Below are positions 24,680-32,140 of a stretch of 64,000 nt of DNA, in pieces (position 1 is the first letter of the stretch; each line of letters starts with the position of its first letter). The stretch comes from Anaerolineae bacterium (GTDB taxonomy: Bacteria > Chloroflexota > Anaerolineae > JAAYZQ01), in assembly GCA_034435455.1 (NCBI GenBank), contig DAOTXL010000002.1:39023-103022 (forward strand), in the 5' to 3' direction. A program made the position numbers and the translations under genes. The notes beneath the pieces are model-generated. The model did not search any database, was not told where the DNA came from, and was given only the letters and a program-made list of their open reading frames with translations.

Positions 24680-25062
24680 ATCATTTCCTCCATTGTCTCG
24701 CTATCGATCCAATCGTCACAAACGTTCTGGATAGATAGCGAAAGCTTTGGAGGAGGAGGCGCGGGCGCCAGCCACGTGGATAGGTCGTGGATGACTGGCA
24801 GGGCAACAGCCAGGATCAGAATCGGAGGGATGGGCATTCCCAGAGCGCCGGGCAGCCCGGTACAGCAGAACAGGCTGCAGCCGGGCATCTGAGCTTGCGG
24901 TTCCGGCGTGGTGTCCGGCTGGCAGCAGCGCTGGCAGCCGGAGACGGACCGCGCCGTCTGAGCGCGAAGGCAGAGGGGGCCGGCCACGAGGTGCAGGGTT
25001 AGCCCACCCAAAATGGCGACGACGCACAAGACGACGAACAGGCGCAGGATGCCGTATCTCAT
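24664..25062 (-). CDS. Small Cys-rich membrane protein (N-terminal TM; CLRAQTARSVSGCQRCCQPD…GCSLFCCTG)
   Basis: ATGA overlap with upstream gene stop (25059-25062) and 16-nt overlap with downstream gene start support expression; 2 hydrophobic segments; 9 Cys. Confidence 0.5.
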   Translation of the reverse strand: MRYGILRLFVVLCVVAILGGLTLHLVAGPLCLRAQTARSVSGCQRCCQPDTTPEPQAQMPGCSLFCCTGLPGALGMPIPPILILAVALPVIHDLSTWLAPAPPPPKLSLSIQNVCDDWIDSETMEEMIWNEI

Positions 25063-25589
25063 GGCATGAGCTCCGCCAACCGCCGCCCGCCCTCGGCATA
25101 CTCCGGCTCCGCCAGGTGGGGACAGGCCGCCAGGCCCAGTTCGCCGAACAGCAATCGGAAGGCAAAGGCCAGGCAGGTCCGTTCGCCGCAGTCACCGCAG
25201 TTGAGCCGGGGCAGCAGCCGGTAGGCGTCCAACGGCCCCAACTGTTGCCGCCGCTCGTAACAGGGCTCGATCTCGGCCCGGCGACGCCAGGTGTCGTTGC
25301 ACAGCTCCTGGAACCAGCGCAGTTGGGCCTCGGCGTCCTCCTCGCCGTCCACTTTGGCCATCACTGCCACGTGCGGGTAAAAGGTCAGGATGCGCCCGCC
25401 CCGCTTGACGGTCACGGTGCCGGCGCCGGGGTTGTACATCAGGTTGGGCACGACGGCGTTCAGGTAGGGGAACACCTCCCCTACCTGATCCCACAGCTCG
25501 GCAATGATCCGGTTCTTGGTCGGGTCGGCAATGCAGTCCATCACCTGGATGATGGTAAAGCCGCGCAGCAGTACGCCGTCGTCGCTCAT
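25059..25589 (-). CDS. DUF3786-like protein with C-terminal CODH/ACS-type Fe-S cluster domain (paralog 1)
   Basis: C-terminal LLPRLNCGDCGERTCLAFAFRLLFGELGLAACPHL matches the CX2CX4C…CP Fe-S domain of corrinoid FeS protein N-termini; paralog of 31585..32136. Confidence 0.65.
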   Translation of the reverse strand: MSDDGVLLRGFTIIQVMDCIADPTKNRIIAELWDQVGEVFPYLNAVVPNLMYNPGAGTVTVKRGGRILTFYPHVAVMAKVDGEEDAEAQLRWFQELCNDTWRRRAEIEPCYERRQQLGPLDAYRLLPRLNCGDCGERTCLAFAFRLLFGELGLAACPHLAEPEYAEGGRRLAELMP

Positions 25590-25598
25590 GGTCCTTTT

Positions 25599-26777
25599 CT
25601 ACGGGCAGCGGATGATGCCCTGCGCCCACAGGCAATCGGCGCAGGAAGGCACGTTGCCCAGGCAATCCTCGTTGTTCTCGGCATAGTCGCAGGCCAGGCC
25701 ACAGTCCACGCAGTACATGAAGCGAAAATCGCGCACCCTGGCCCGAAAACGCACATATTCTTCCGACTGCCAGATGTCGGCCAGCGCCTGCTCGTTCACG
25801 TTGCCCAACAGGTAGCGGCTCACATTTTTGCGCCGGCCATAGATGTAGTAGGGGTAGCTGTGCATCAGGGGGTAGCAGGGGCTGACCCCGCCATCCCAGC
25901 CGATGACCACGGCCCGGTCCTCGACGAAGCGGCACTGCCGCCAGGCCCCCCACTTCATGCGCGGCAGGTCCATCCGCCCCCAGCCGATACCGCCTGCCTC
26001 TTTCACCGGCCAGCTCAGGGGCAGGCCCAGCGGCTCATCGCTGTCGTACAGGATCTCATCGCCCATGGCTTCGGTGTGGGGCAACAGATTGCTGACCAAC
26101 ACTTTGGAGGCTCCCAACCCGGCGGCGATCTCCCGCAGGTGCGGCAGATGGTCCCGGTTGGAGCGGGTGGCGACGAACTCCAGCCCCAGGTTGAGGGGCA
26201 ACCCGCCGCGCTGTTCGGCCAGGCGCATCAGGCGGCGGGCATTGTCCAGCACCCGCTCCAACCCGCCGACGATGCGCGCCCCGTCGTAGGCCTGGGTATG
26301 CACCGTGTCCAGGGAGATAACCACCCAATCCACCGCTGCCGCCAGCAGGCAGTTGGCCATCGCTTCGTCCAGCAGCAGGCCGTTGGTCGTCACCGTCAGC
26401 GGCACCCCCAGCGTCGAGGCCAGGGCCAGCATCTCCGGCAGGCGGGGGTGGACCAGCGGTTCGCCGTAGCCGCCCAAAACCAGGCGCCGTAGGTCCGGCA
26501 GAGCACGCAACCCGGTGATGGTCGCCTCGAACGTCTCCCAGGCCATGTCGCCAGGTGGGTCACTCCATACCTGGCGGACACACACAGCACAGTTCAGGTT
26601 GCAGCGGGTTGTCACCTCCAGGTAGGCCTTGCGGGTGTCGGGGCGGACGCGGTGCAGTCGCAACCCGTCCTCAAACGATTCGACGACGACCCGGGCCCCT
26701 GGCTCCAGCCCCAGACGGGCCACCTGCTCAGCCGGCAGAATCAGCCGTCCATCCACCTCTATTGTCAATTCAGGCAT
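25599..26777 (-). CDS. Radical SAM / SPASM-domain enzyme with N-terminal AbrB/MazE-like domain (paralog 2)
   Basis: LTIEVDGRLILPAEQVARLGLEPGARVVVESFEDGLRLHRV; CNLNCAVC; SPASM Cys cluster; colinear with 21527..22771 protein. Confidence 0.8.
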   Translation of the reverse strand: MPELTIEVDGRLILPAEQVARLGLEPGARVVVESFEDGLRLHRVRPDTRKAYLEVTTRCNLNCAVCVRQVWSDPPGDMAWETFEATITGLRALPDLRRLVLGGYGEPLVHPRLPEMLALASTLGVPLTVTTNGLLLDEAMANCLLAAAVDWVVISLDTVHTQAYDGARIVGGLERVLDNARRLMRLAEQRGGLPLNLGLEFVATRSNRDHLPHLREIAAGLGASKVLVSNLLPHTEAMGDEILYDSDEPLGLPLSWPVKEAGGIGWGRMDLPRMKWGAWRQCRFVEDRAVVIGWDGGVSPCYPLMHSYPYYIYGRRKNVSRYLLGNVNEQALADIWQSEEYVRFRARVRDFRFMYCVDCGLACDYAENNEDCLGNVPSCADCLWAQGIIRCP

Positions 26778-26783
26778 TTCTCT

Positions 26784-27584
26784 TTAGAACCCCAACCGCG
26801 CCTGCAAGGCGTCGGCGCCGGCCCTGGCCTTGTTCACCGCTTCGATGAACAGGGCTCTTGCTTCGGCCTCCCGCAGCGGCTGGAGCGGGGTCAGGGCCAT
26901 CAGCGCCGCCGGCGACTGGCCGGTTTCCAGCACCAGCGCCCCACTGCCCCGCACCACCCCGGCGGCCAGCCGCAGCGCCACTTCGCGTTCCAGGCCCCCC
27001 TCCACGCCGGCCTGGGCCAGGGCGGCAATCAGCGGAAAGAAATAGGTCGGCGCCGCCGCCGTCAGCCCCACACACAGGTTCATCTGCGCTTCCGGGACCT
27101 CCACCCCTTCGCCCCAGCAGGCCAGCAGCCGCTCGACCAGGGCGCGCGCCTCCGGTGTGACTGCCCGGCCATAGCATACCGGCGTCACCCCCTGGCCGAC
27201 CAGGGCGGGCGAGTTGGGCAGTGTCCGGACCACCGGCACGCCGTCGCCCGCTGCCCGCTCCATGGCTGCCAGGGGCACGGCTGCCGCCGTCGAAACGACC
27301 AGGTGTTCCGGCGTCAACCGGGGAGCCAGCGCCTCCAGCACGGGGATGACCTGGCCCGGTGGCACGGCCAGGATGATCACGTCCGCTTCGGCGGCGCGCA
27401 GGTTGTCGTCGGTGGCCATCACCCCGGCCCACTCGGCGATCTCGGCCCGGCGTTCTGCGTTCGGCTCGCAGGCGATGATCTGCCCCCGGCTGCACTCGCC
27501 GCAGGTCAGCAGCCGGTCTACAAGCAGGCCCCCCAACAGGCCTACCCCCACAACGGCCAGTCGGCACTCTCCAAGCCTTTTCAT
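26784..27584 (-). CDS. Pyrroline-5-carboxylate reductase family NAD(P)H oxidoreductase (ProC-like)
   Basis: Rossmann LAVVGVGLLGG, P5CR dimerisation region; ATG 27584 with AAGGAGGTG RBS. Confidence 0.6.
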   Translation of the reverse strand: MKRLGECRLAVVGVGLLGGLLVDRLLTCGECSRGQIIACEPNAERRAEIAEWAGVMATDDNLRAAEADVIILAVPPGQVIPVLEALAPRLTPEHLVVSTAAAVPLAAMERAAGDGVPVVRTLPNSPALVGQGVTPVCYGRAVTPEARALVERLLACWGEGVEVPEAQMNLCVGLTAAAPTYFFPLIAALAQAGVEGGLEREVALRLAAGVVRGSGALVLETGQSPAALMALTPLQPLREAEARALFIEAVNKARAGADALQARLGF

Positions 27585-27588
27585 CGGT

Positions 27589-27897
27589 TCACCTCCTTTT
27601 CTCCTCTGGCCGGCCTGCGCCGGCCCTTGCCTGCCAATAGGCTGTGTACTCGCGCAACAGCGCCTCTTTATAGTCCTGCTCCGAGCCACGGGCGACCCAG
27701 TTGCGCGTTTGAATCATGGCCAGTAGCTCTTCCGCCGTCTCCGGGCCCGGCTGGCGGTCCAGCAGGTAGAGTTGCTTCAGGACATCATCCAGCCCGACAA
27801 TGCCTACCGGTACGCCGCCGATCTGGATCTGCCGCACCCGGGCATCCAGGTTACAACTACAGGACTGCCTCCACATATCCGGTCCTCGTCCGGGCAT
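27589..27897 (-). CDS. Small uncharacterised 'IxIGG/E' domain protein (paralog of N-terminus of 31003..31578)
   Basis: …QIQIGGVPVGIVGLDDVLKQL…YKEALLREYTAYWQ aligns with FRQILIGEQMVGLWGLQELFDEL…YEEALLREYRRYWK. Confidence 0.45.
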   Translation of the reverse strand: MPGRGPDMWRQSCSCNLDARVRQIQIGGVPVGIVGLDDVLKQLYLLDRQPGPETAEELLAMIQTRNWVARGSEQDYKEALLREYTAYWQARAGAGRPEEKRR

Positions 27898-27978
27898 TTT
27901 CTCACCTCCTCAATCCCGGTTCAGTGTCGGAGATTCCTTTGCCCCAAGGTGCCTGGCACCTGAGCAGTTGCCTGTCCG

Positions 27979-28917
27979 TCATCCTGCAAGCATCCCTCGC
28001 ACGATCACGTCCACGGCCGTCTCTTCGTCCAGCCCGCGGGCCATCAGCGTCTCCAGCTCCTTCTTGTCCACCGTGCCGATGGCCGCCTCGTGGGTGACGT
28101 AGGCCCGTGGGTCAGTCACCCTGACCACCGGCACGGCGTTGGCCACGGCCTGATCGCGCACAATCTCCACGCAGTCTACATGCCCCCGGGCAAAGGGGGC
28201 GTGTCCCTCCGTCGTGCCGATGACCTCGGCCGTCGCCCGGTCGCGCACGGCGATGCGCGATTTCGCCAGGCCGCGCGCCCCCTCGCCGTTGAGCCGGATC
28301 GTCTCCCTGACCGAGATGGCGTCGTCTCCGTAGCCGTAGGCCTTGGTGACCAACTCGGCCACGCCTCGGGCGGCTACATCCACCACGTAGTCGAATTCCA
28401 GTTTGCCCACCCGGCCTGTGGTCAGGGCGAACTCGGTGACGAATTGCCCGCCTTCCTCCACCGTGACCTGGGCCCTGGGGATCACCGCGACGCCCCCACC
28501 TTCGCCGTGGTAGTGGGTTTCGCGATACTTCATGGCCGCCCCCCGGCCGATGTGGACCGTGGCCTCCATGAAGTGTACTACCTGCTCGGCGTTGGGGAAG
28601 GTGCAGTGGGCAATGAACTCGGCCCGCGCCCCGTCGCCGATCTCGAACTCGGACAGGATGCGCTGCACCCCCTCCCTGGGGATGACGCCAAAGCAGAGGT
28701 GGGCCGGCGTGTCCAAACGGACCCCAGGCTCAACGACCACCCTGGCCCGCACCCCGTCGGGCAGCTCCTCGGAGGTCAGGTGCACGCCGGCCACCTCATT
28801 GCTGCCCAGCACCCGGTTGCCGCTGACCACCAGGCTGGCCACCCGGGGCGAGCGCAAAAAATGGGGATCGCCTCCTGAACGCTCGTAGGCCTGCAAAATC
28901 GCCTCAAGGTCGCTCAT
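27979..28917 (-). CDS. SufB/SufD-family Fe-S assembly scaffold-like protein (short form)
   Basis: 312 aa beta-helix SufBD-family pattern; overlaps SufC-like gene by 14 nt. Confidence 0.6.
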   Translation of the reverse strand: MSDLEAILQAYERSGGDPHFLRSPRVASLVVSGNRVLGSNEVAGVHLTSEELPDGVRARVVVEPGVRLDTPAHLCFGVIPREGVQRILSEFEIGDGARAEFIAHCTFPNAEQVVHFMEATVHIGRGAAMKYRETHYHGEGGGVAVIPRAQVTVEEGGQFVTEFALTTGRVGKLEFDYVVDVAARGVAELVTKAYGYGDDAISVRETIRLNGEGARGLAKSRIAVRDRATAEVIGTTEGHAPFARGHVDCVEIVRDQAVANAVPVVRVTDPRAYVTHEAAIGTVDKKELETLMARGLDEETAVDVIVRGMLAG

Positions 28918-29659
28918 AAGCTCCTCCGGCCGGCTCCACCGACCCCGCCACCTCGCACGGCCGGCAGCGCCGGGCGTAGTGATGGCGGACCTCTGCCGGT
29001 TCGCCCACGCGCACGACCTCCCCCTCGCACATCAGGGCCGCCACGTCGGCCACCGGTACCATCTCGTCGCGGTGGGTGATGAGCAACACCGCCGTGCCCC
29101 GCTCCGCCAGGCGGCGGATGAGGCCGGCGATGTCATCCAGCGACAGCACATCAATGCCCGAATCCGGTTCGTCCAGGATGGCCAGTTTGGGCTGCATGGC
29201 GTACACCGCCGCCAGCTCGATCCGCTTCCGCTCGCCGCCGGACAGGGCATCGTTGACCGTGCGGCCCAGGTAAGCGGAGGGGGAGAGGGCCACGGCGGCC
29301 AACGCTTCTTCCATCTGCCCCCGCGAGGGGTCCTTCATACCCAGGCGCAAATAGTCCGCGACCTTGAGCCCCTCGAAACGGGCCGGGTCTTGCCAGGCCA
29401 GGGTCAGCCCCAGCCGGGCCCGATCGGTGATCGGCAGGCTGGTGATCTCCTGCCCATTGAACAGAATGCGCCCTCTGGAAGGGGTATAGCCGGCGCAGCC
29501 CATCAGGGTGTAGGCCAGGGACGACTTGCCGGAGCCGTTGCGGCCCAGCAGGCCGTACACCTGGCCGGGCGCGACCGCCAGGTCCACCCCGCGCAGGATC
29601 TCCTGCCCGCCGCGTTCCAGGTGCAGGCCGTTCACCTGCAGAATGTGACCGTCGTTCAT
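28904..29659 (-). CDS. sufC: SufC-like ABC ATPase
   Basis: Walker A GRNGSGKSS, signature LSGGERKR, Walker B ILDEPDSG; ATG 29659; unusual C-terminal RRCRPCE extension. Confidence 0.65.
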   Translation of the reverse strand: MNDGHILQVNGLHLERGGQEILRGVDLAVAPGQVYGLLGRNGSGKSSLAYTLMGCAGYTPSRGRILFNGQEITSLPITDRARLGLTLAWQDPARFEGLKVADYLRLGMKDPSRGQMEEALAAVALSPSAYLGRTVNDALSGGERKRIELAAVYAMQPKLAILDEPDSGIDVLSLDDIAGLIRRLAERGTAVLLITHRDEMVPVADVAALMCEGEVVRVGEPAEVRHHYARRCRPCEVAGSVEPAGGAYERP

Positions 29660-29832
29660 TCTCCTCAGCTCCTCGTTGTCCCATACCTCCGCAAGAACTC
29701 GTCGGCCGACATCCAGACCTCTGTCTGGCGTAGCGCGGTAGGTCGCCGGCGGCGCAGGCTTGTAAACCCACATGATCCACCAGGTGTAGAAATTCTCCCA
29801 GAATTTGCCAAACAGCTACGCAACCATTCAAA

Positions 29833-30609
29833 TTAGCTATCCCCGCCCCTGCCCTCCAGGCCCAGGGCCCGCGGCCGACCCGTCCCACCGTAGCGCACCT
29901 GGACGACCTCGGCCAGGATGGCCAGGGCGATCTCTTCCGGGCTACGCCCGCCCAGGTCCAGCCCGATGGGGGCGCGGACCTGCGCCAGCCGCTCCTCGGG
30001 CACGCCATCAGCCCGAAGGTGACCAAAGATGGTCTGCACTTTGCGCCGGCTGCCGATCATGCCCACGTAGGCCGCCGGCGTGTCCAGCACCTGACGCAGC
30101 GTCTGCTCGTCGGTGAGGTGGGTCTGGGTGATGATGACCACGTACGTCCAGGGTGTGATCGCCGTCGGGTCGAACTGCGGCACGGTCGCCCGCTCCGGCT
30201 GCACGTCCACCACCTGGACGTGAAAGCCAACGATGCGCCCCATCTCGGCCAGGGGGCAACCCAGGTGTCCGCCGCCGACGATGAGCAGGGTGGGGATGGG
30301 ATTATAGACTTCGATGAAAAAGGTCACATCCCCACCGCACAGCGTCCCCAGCGCATCCGGCCCCTCCTCGCGCAGCGTGGAGTGAAACAGCCGCGACCGG
30401 CCCTCCTCCAGGGCAGCCACGGCCTCCTCACGCACCCGCTGCTCCAGTTCGCCCCCGCCGACGTTGCCCACGGCGTCGCCATTGAGCCGCACCAACAGTT
30501 TAAAGCCCACCTGCGCCGGCGACGCCCCCGTCACGTCTACCACTGTCGCCAGGGCCACCGGCTCGTTGCGCTCCAGCGCCTCGTTCAGCGCAGCAATCAC
30601 GTCTCTCAC
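29833..30609 (-). CDS. XdhC/CoxI-family molybdenum-cofactor insertion/sulfuration accessory protein
   Basis: Two-domain XdhC pattern (…ATVVDVTGASP… and …LLIVGGGHLG…YVGMIGSRRK). Confidence 0.7.
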   Translation of the reverse strand: MRDVIAALNEALERNEPVALATVVDVTGASPAQVGFKLLVRLNGDAVGNVGGGELEQRVREEAVAALEEGRSRLFHSTLREEGPDALGTLCGGDVTFFIEVYNPIPTLLIVGGGHLGCPLAEMGRIVGFHVQVVDVQPERATVPQFDPTAITPWTYVVIITQTHLTDEQTLRQVLDTPAAYVGMIGSRRKVQTIFGHLRADGVPEERLAQVRAPIGLDLGGRSPEEIALAILAEVVQVRYGGTGRPRALGLEGRGGDS

Positions 30610-30657
30610 AGTCCCTCCCTCATCTCCAATGGACGATGTCCCCCACCTTTACGCCCC

Positions 30658-30888
30658 TCAAGACAGCTCCTTGAGATAGCGGATCGGCACGTCGAACTCG
30701 ATCCGGAACCGTCCATAGTCCTGGATATAGAACGTGAACTCCTGGCTGGCGGGTCGCAGGGCGTTCCAGAGGTCCCACGGCACATAAATGGTGCCGTAGC
30801 GCCGGGCGAACTCGCCGATCTGGATGGCCAGATAGTCCTCTGGATTGTCAGGTTGGCCCAACCGACCGGTTGGGACCTCGGCAGCCAC
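30658..30888 (-). CDS. Small protein with weak 'IQIGE' domain similarity, GTG start
   Basis: AIQIGEFARRYGTIYVPWDLWNAL resembles the domain in 27589..27897 and 31003..31578; GTG start directly after TGA-TGA of upstream mini-ORF. Confidence 0.35.
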   Translation of the reverse strand: MAAEVPTGRLGQPDNPEDYLAIQIGEFARRYGTIYVPWDLWNALRPASQEFTFYIQDYGRFRIEFDVPIRYLKELS

Positions 30889-30891
30889 TCA

Positions 30892-30990
30892 TCAATCTAC
30901 GACCAGCAATTGGCGGGTGATGGTCAGCGCCCCCCCCTGTTCTTTCAGGTACTGCTTGAGCCAGTTGGATTTGGTCTTGGCCAGAATCAT
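30892..30990 (-). CDS. Possible 32-aa leader mini-ORF (MILAKTKSNWLKQYLKEQGGALTITRQLLVVD) containing a G8 homopolymer
   Basis: GAGGAGG 4 nt upstream of ATG; ends with tandem TGA TGA then in-frame GTG of next gene; contains C8/G8 run 30930..30937. Confidence 0.25.
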   Translation of the reverse strand: MILAKTKSNWLKQYLKEQGGALTITRQLLVVD

Positions 30991-31002
30991 CCATCCTCCT
31001 CG

Positions 31003-31578
31003 TCACCGGCCCAGCCGGGCCAGCGTCTCCCGGGGTGGGAAGCGGATGGCCCCCCGCCTGCACACCTTCACACAGGCATCGCAGCCAACCAGGCAGTTGA
31101 AGGGAGCGACGACGATGGCCTGGTGGCCGGCCTCGTCCAGTTCGTATACCCCGTAAGTGCAGAAGGTCAGGCAGTCACCGCAGCCATCGCAGCGGTCGGG
31201 ATAGATAGTCGGGTACCACGGTATCTGCTCGCGGGGTTTGCCCTGCCAGGTGCGGGGCGGCAGCGTCTGGGGGCGCTTCTCCGCCCCCTGGCCCTCCTTC
31301 TCTCGCTCCTTCCAGTAGCGGCGATACTCCCGGAGCAGCGCCTCCTCGTACAGCGGCCGGGCTTTGGGAAAGACATAATTCTCCCGCTCGACCCTCTCCA
31401 GCAGCAGCGGGGCCAGGCCCGGCTCCGGGGCGCGACCCTGGCTGCGCAGCTCGTCGAACAGCTCCTGCAGCCCCCACAGCCCCACCATCTGCTCGCCGAT
31501 CAGGATCTGCCGGAAACTCAATTGCGCCACCGAACCGCCTCCTCTCCCGCCCGACAGCTCCCTCTCTGCCGGCGGCAC
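31003..31578 (-). CDS. Fusion of 'IxIGE' domain with C-terminal 2x[4Fe-4S] ferredoxin
   Basis: N-term FRQILIGEQMVGLWGLQEL…ALLREYRRYW; C-term CDGCGDCLTFC and CLVGCDACVKVC. Confidence 0.6.
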   Translation of the reverse strand: MPPAERELSGGRGGGSVAQLSFRQILIGEQMVGLWGLQELFDELRSQGRAPEPGLAPLLLERVERENYVFPKARPLYEEALLREYRRYWKEREKEGQGAEKRPQTLPPRTWQGKPREQIPWYPTIYPDRCDGCGDCLTFCTYGVYELDEAGHQAIVVAPFNCLVGCDACVKVCRRGAIRFPPRETLARLGR

Positions 31579-31584
31579 ATTTCC

Positions 31585-32136
31585 TTACCCCTCCCGCCGG
31601 CCAATGGCCGGCAGATCGACCGCCAGCAGGTCTGCCAGTTGCGCCTGTTGTTCGGCATATTGGGGTTCGCTCAGCAACGGGCAGTCCTGCAACTGCACCT
31701 GGCCGGCTACCAGCTTGTTGGCAAAGACAAAGCAGGTAGCCTGGCCGCAGGCCTTGCAGTTGGTGCGGGGCAGCAGCTTATAGACCTCCATCAACCCCGG
31801 CCGGCGGCGCACCTCGTAGCTCGGTTCGATCTCGGCCCGCTGCTCCCAGGTGCGGTTGACCAGTCGGATCAGCCCTTCGACCTCCTGGATGGCTGCGTCC
31901 CGGTCAGGAACATTGCTGACGGCGATTTCGTAAGGGTGAAACGCAATGTTGTGCCCGCCCTTCTTCCAGGTCAGAGCAGGGGCAGCGACATTATAGACCG
32001 CGCCGCGCAGGGTCGCGTTCAGGTAAGGCAACACCTCGCGGATGTCGGTCACCAACCGGGCGACGGCGCTGAACCGCTCTGCCCCCGGATCACAGGGTGG
32101 GGTGGACACTTCCAGGTCGTACTTTTCGATCAACAT
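31585..32136 (-). CDS. DUF3786-like protein with CODH/ACS-type Fe-S cluster domain (paralog 2)
   Basis: LLPRTNCKACGQATCFVFANKLVAGQVQLQDCPLL; ATG 32136 with GGGAGGAAAG RBS; ORF-track N-extension is read-through. Confidence 0.65.
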   Translation of the reverse strand: MLIEKYDLEVSTPPCDPGAERFSAVARLVTDIREVLPYLNATLRGAVYNVAAPALTWKKGGHNIAFHPYEIAVSNVPDRDAAIQEVEGLIRLVNRTWEQRAEIEPSYEVRRRPGLMEVYKLLPRTNCKACGQATCFVFANKLVAGQVQLQDCPLLSEPQYAEQQAQLADLLAVDLPAIGRREG

Positions 32137-32140
32137 CAGA

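Noticed and set aside
25116-26492. 458-aa plus-strand ORF
   Set aside because: Antisense to rSAM paralog 2 and DUF3786-FeS gene.
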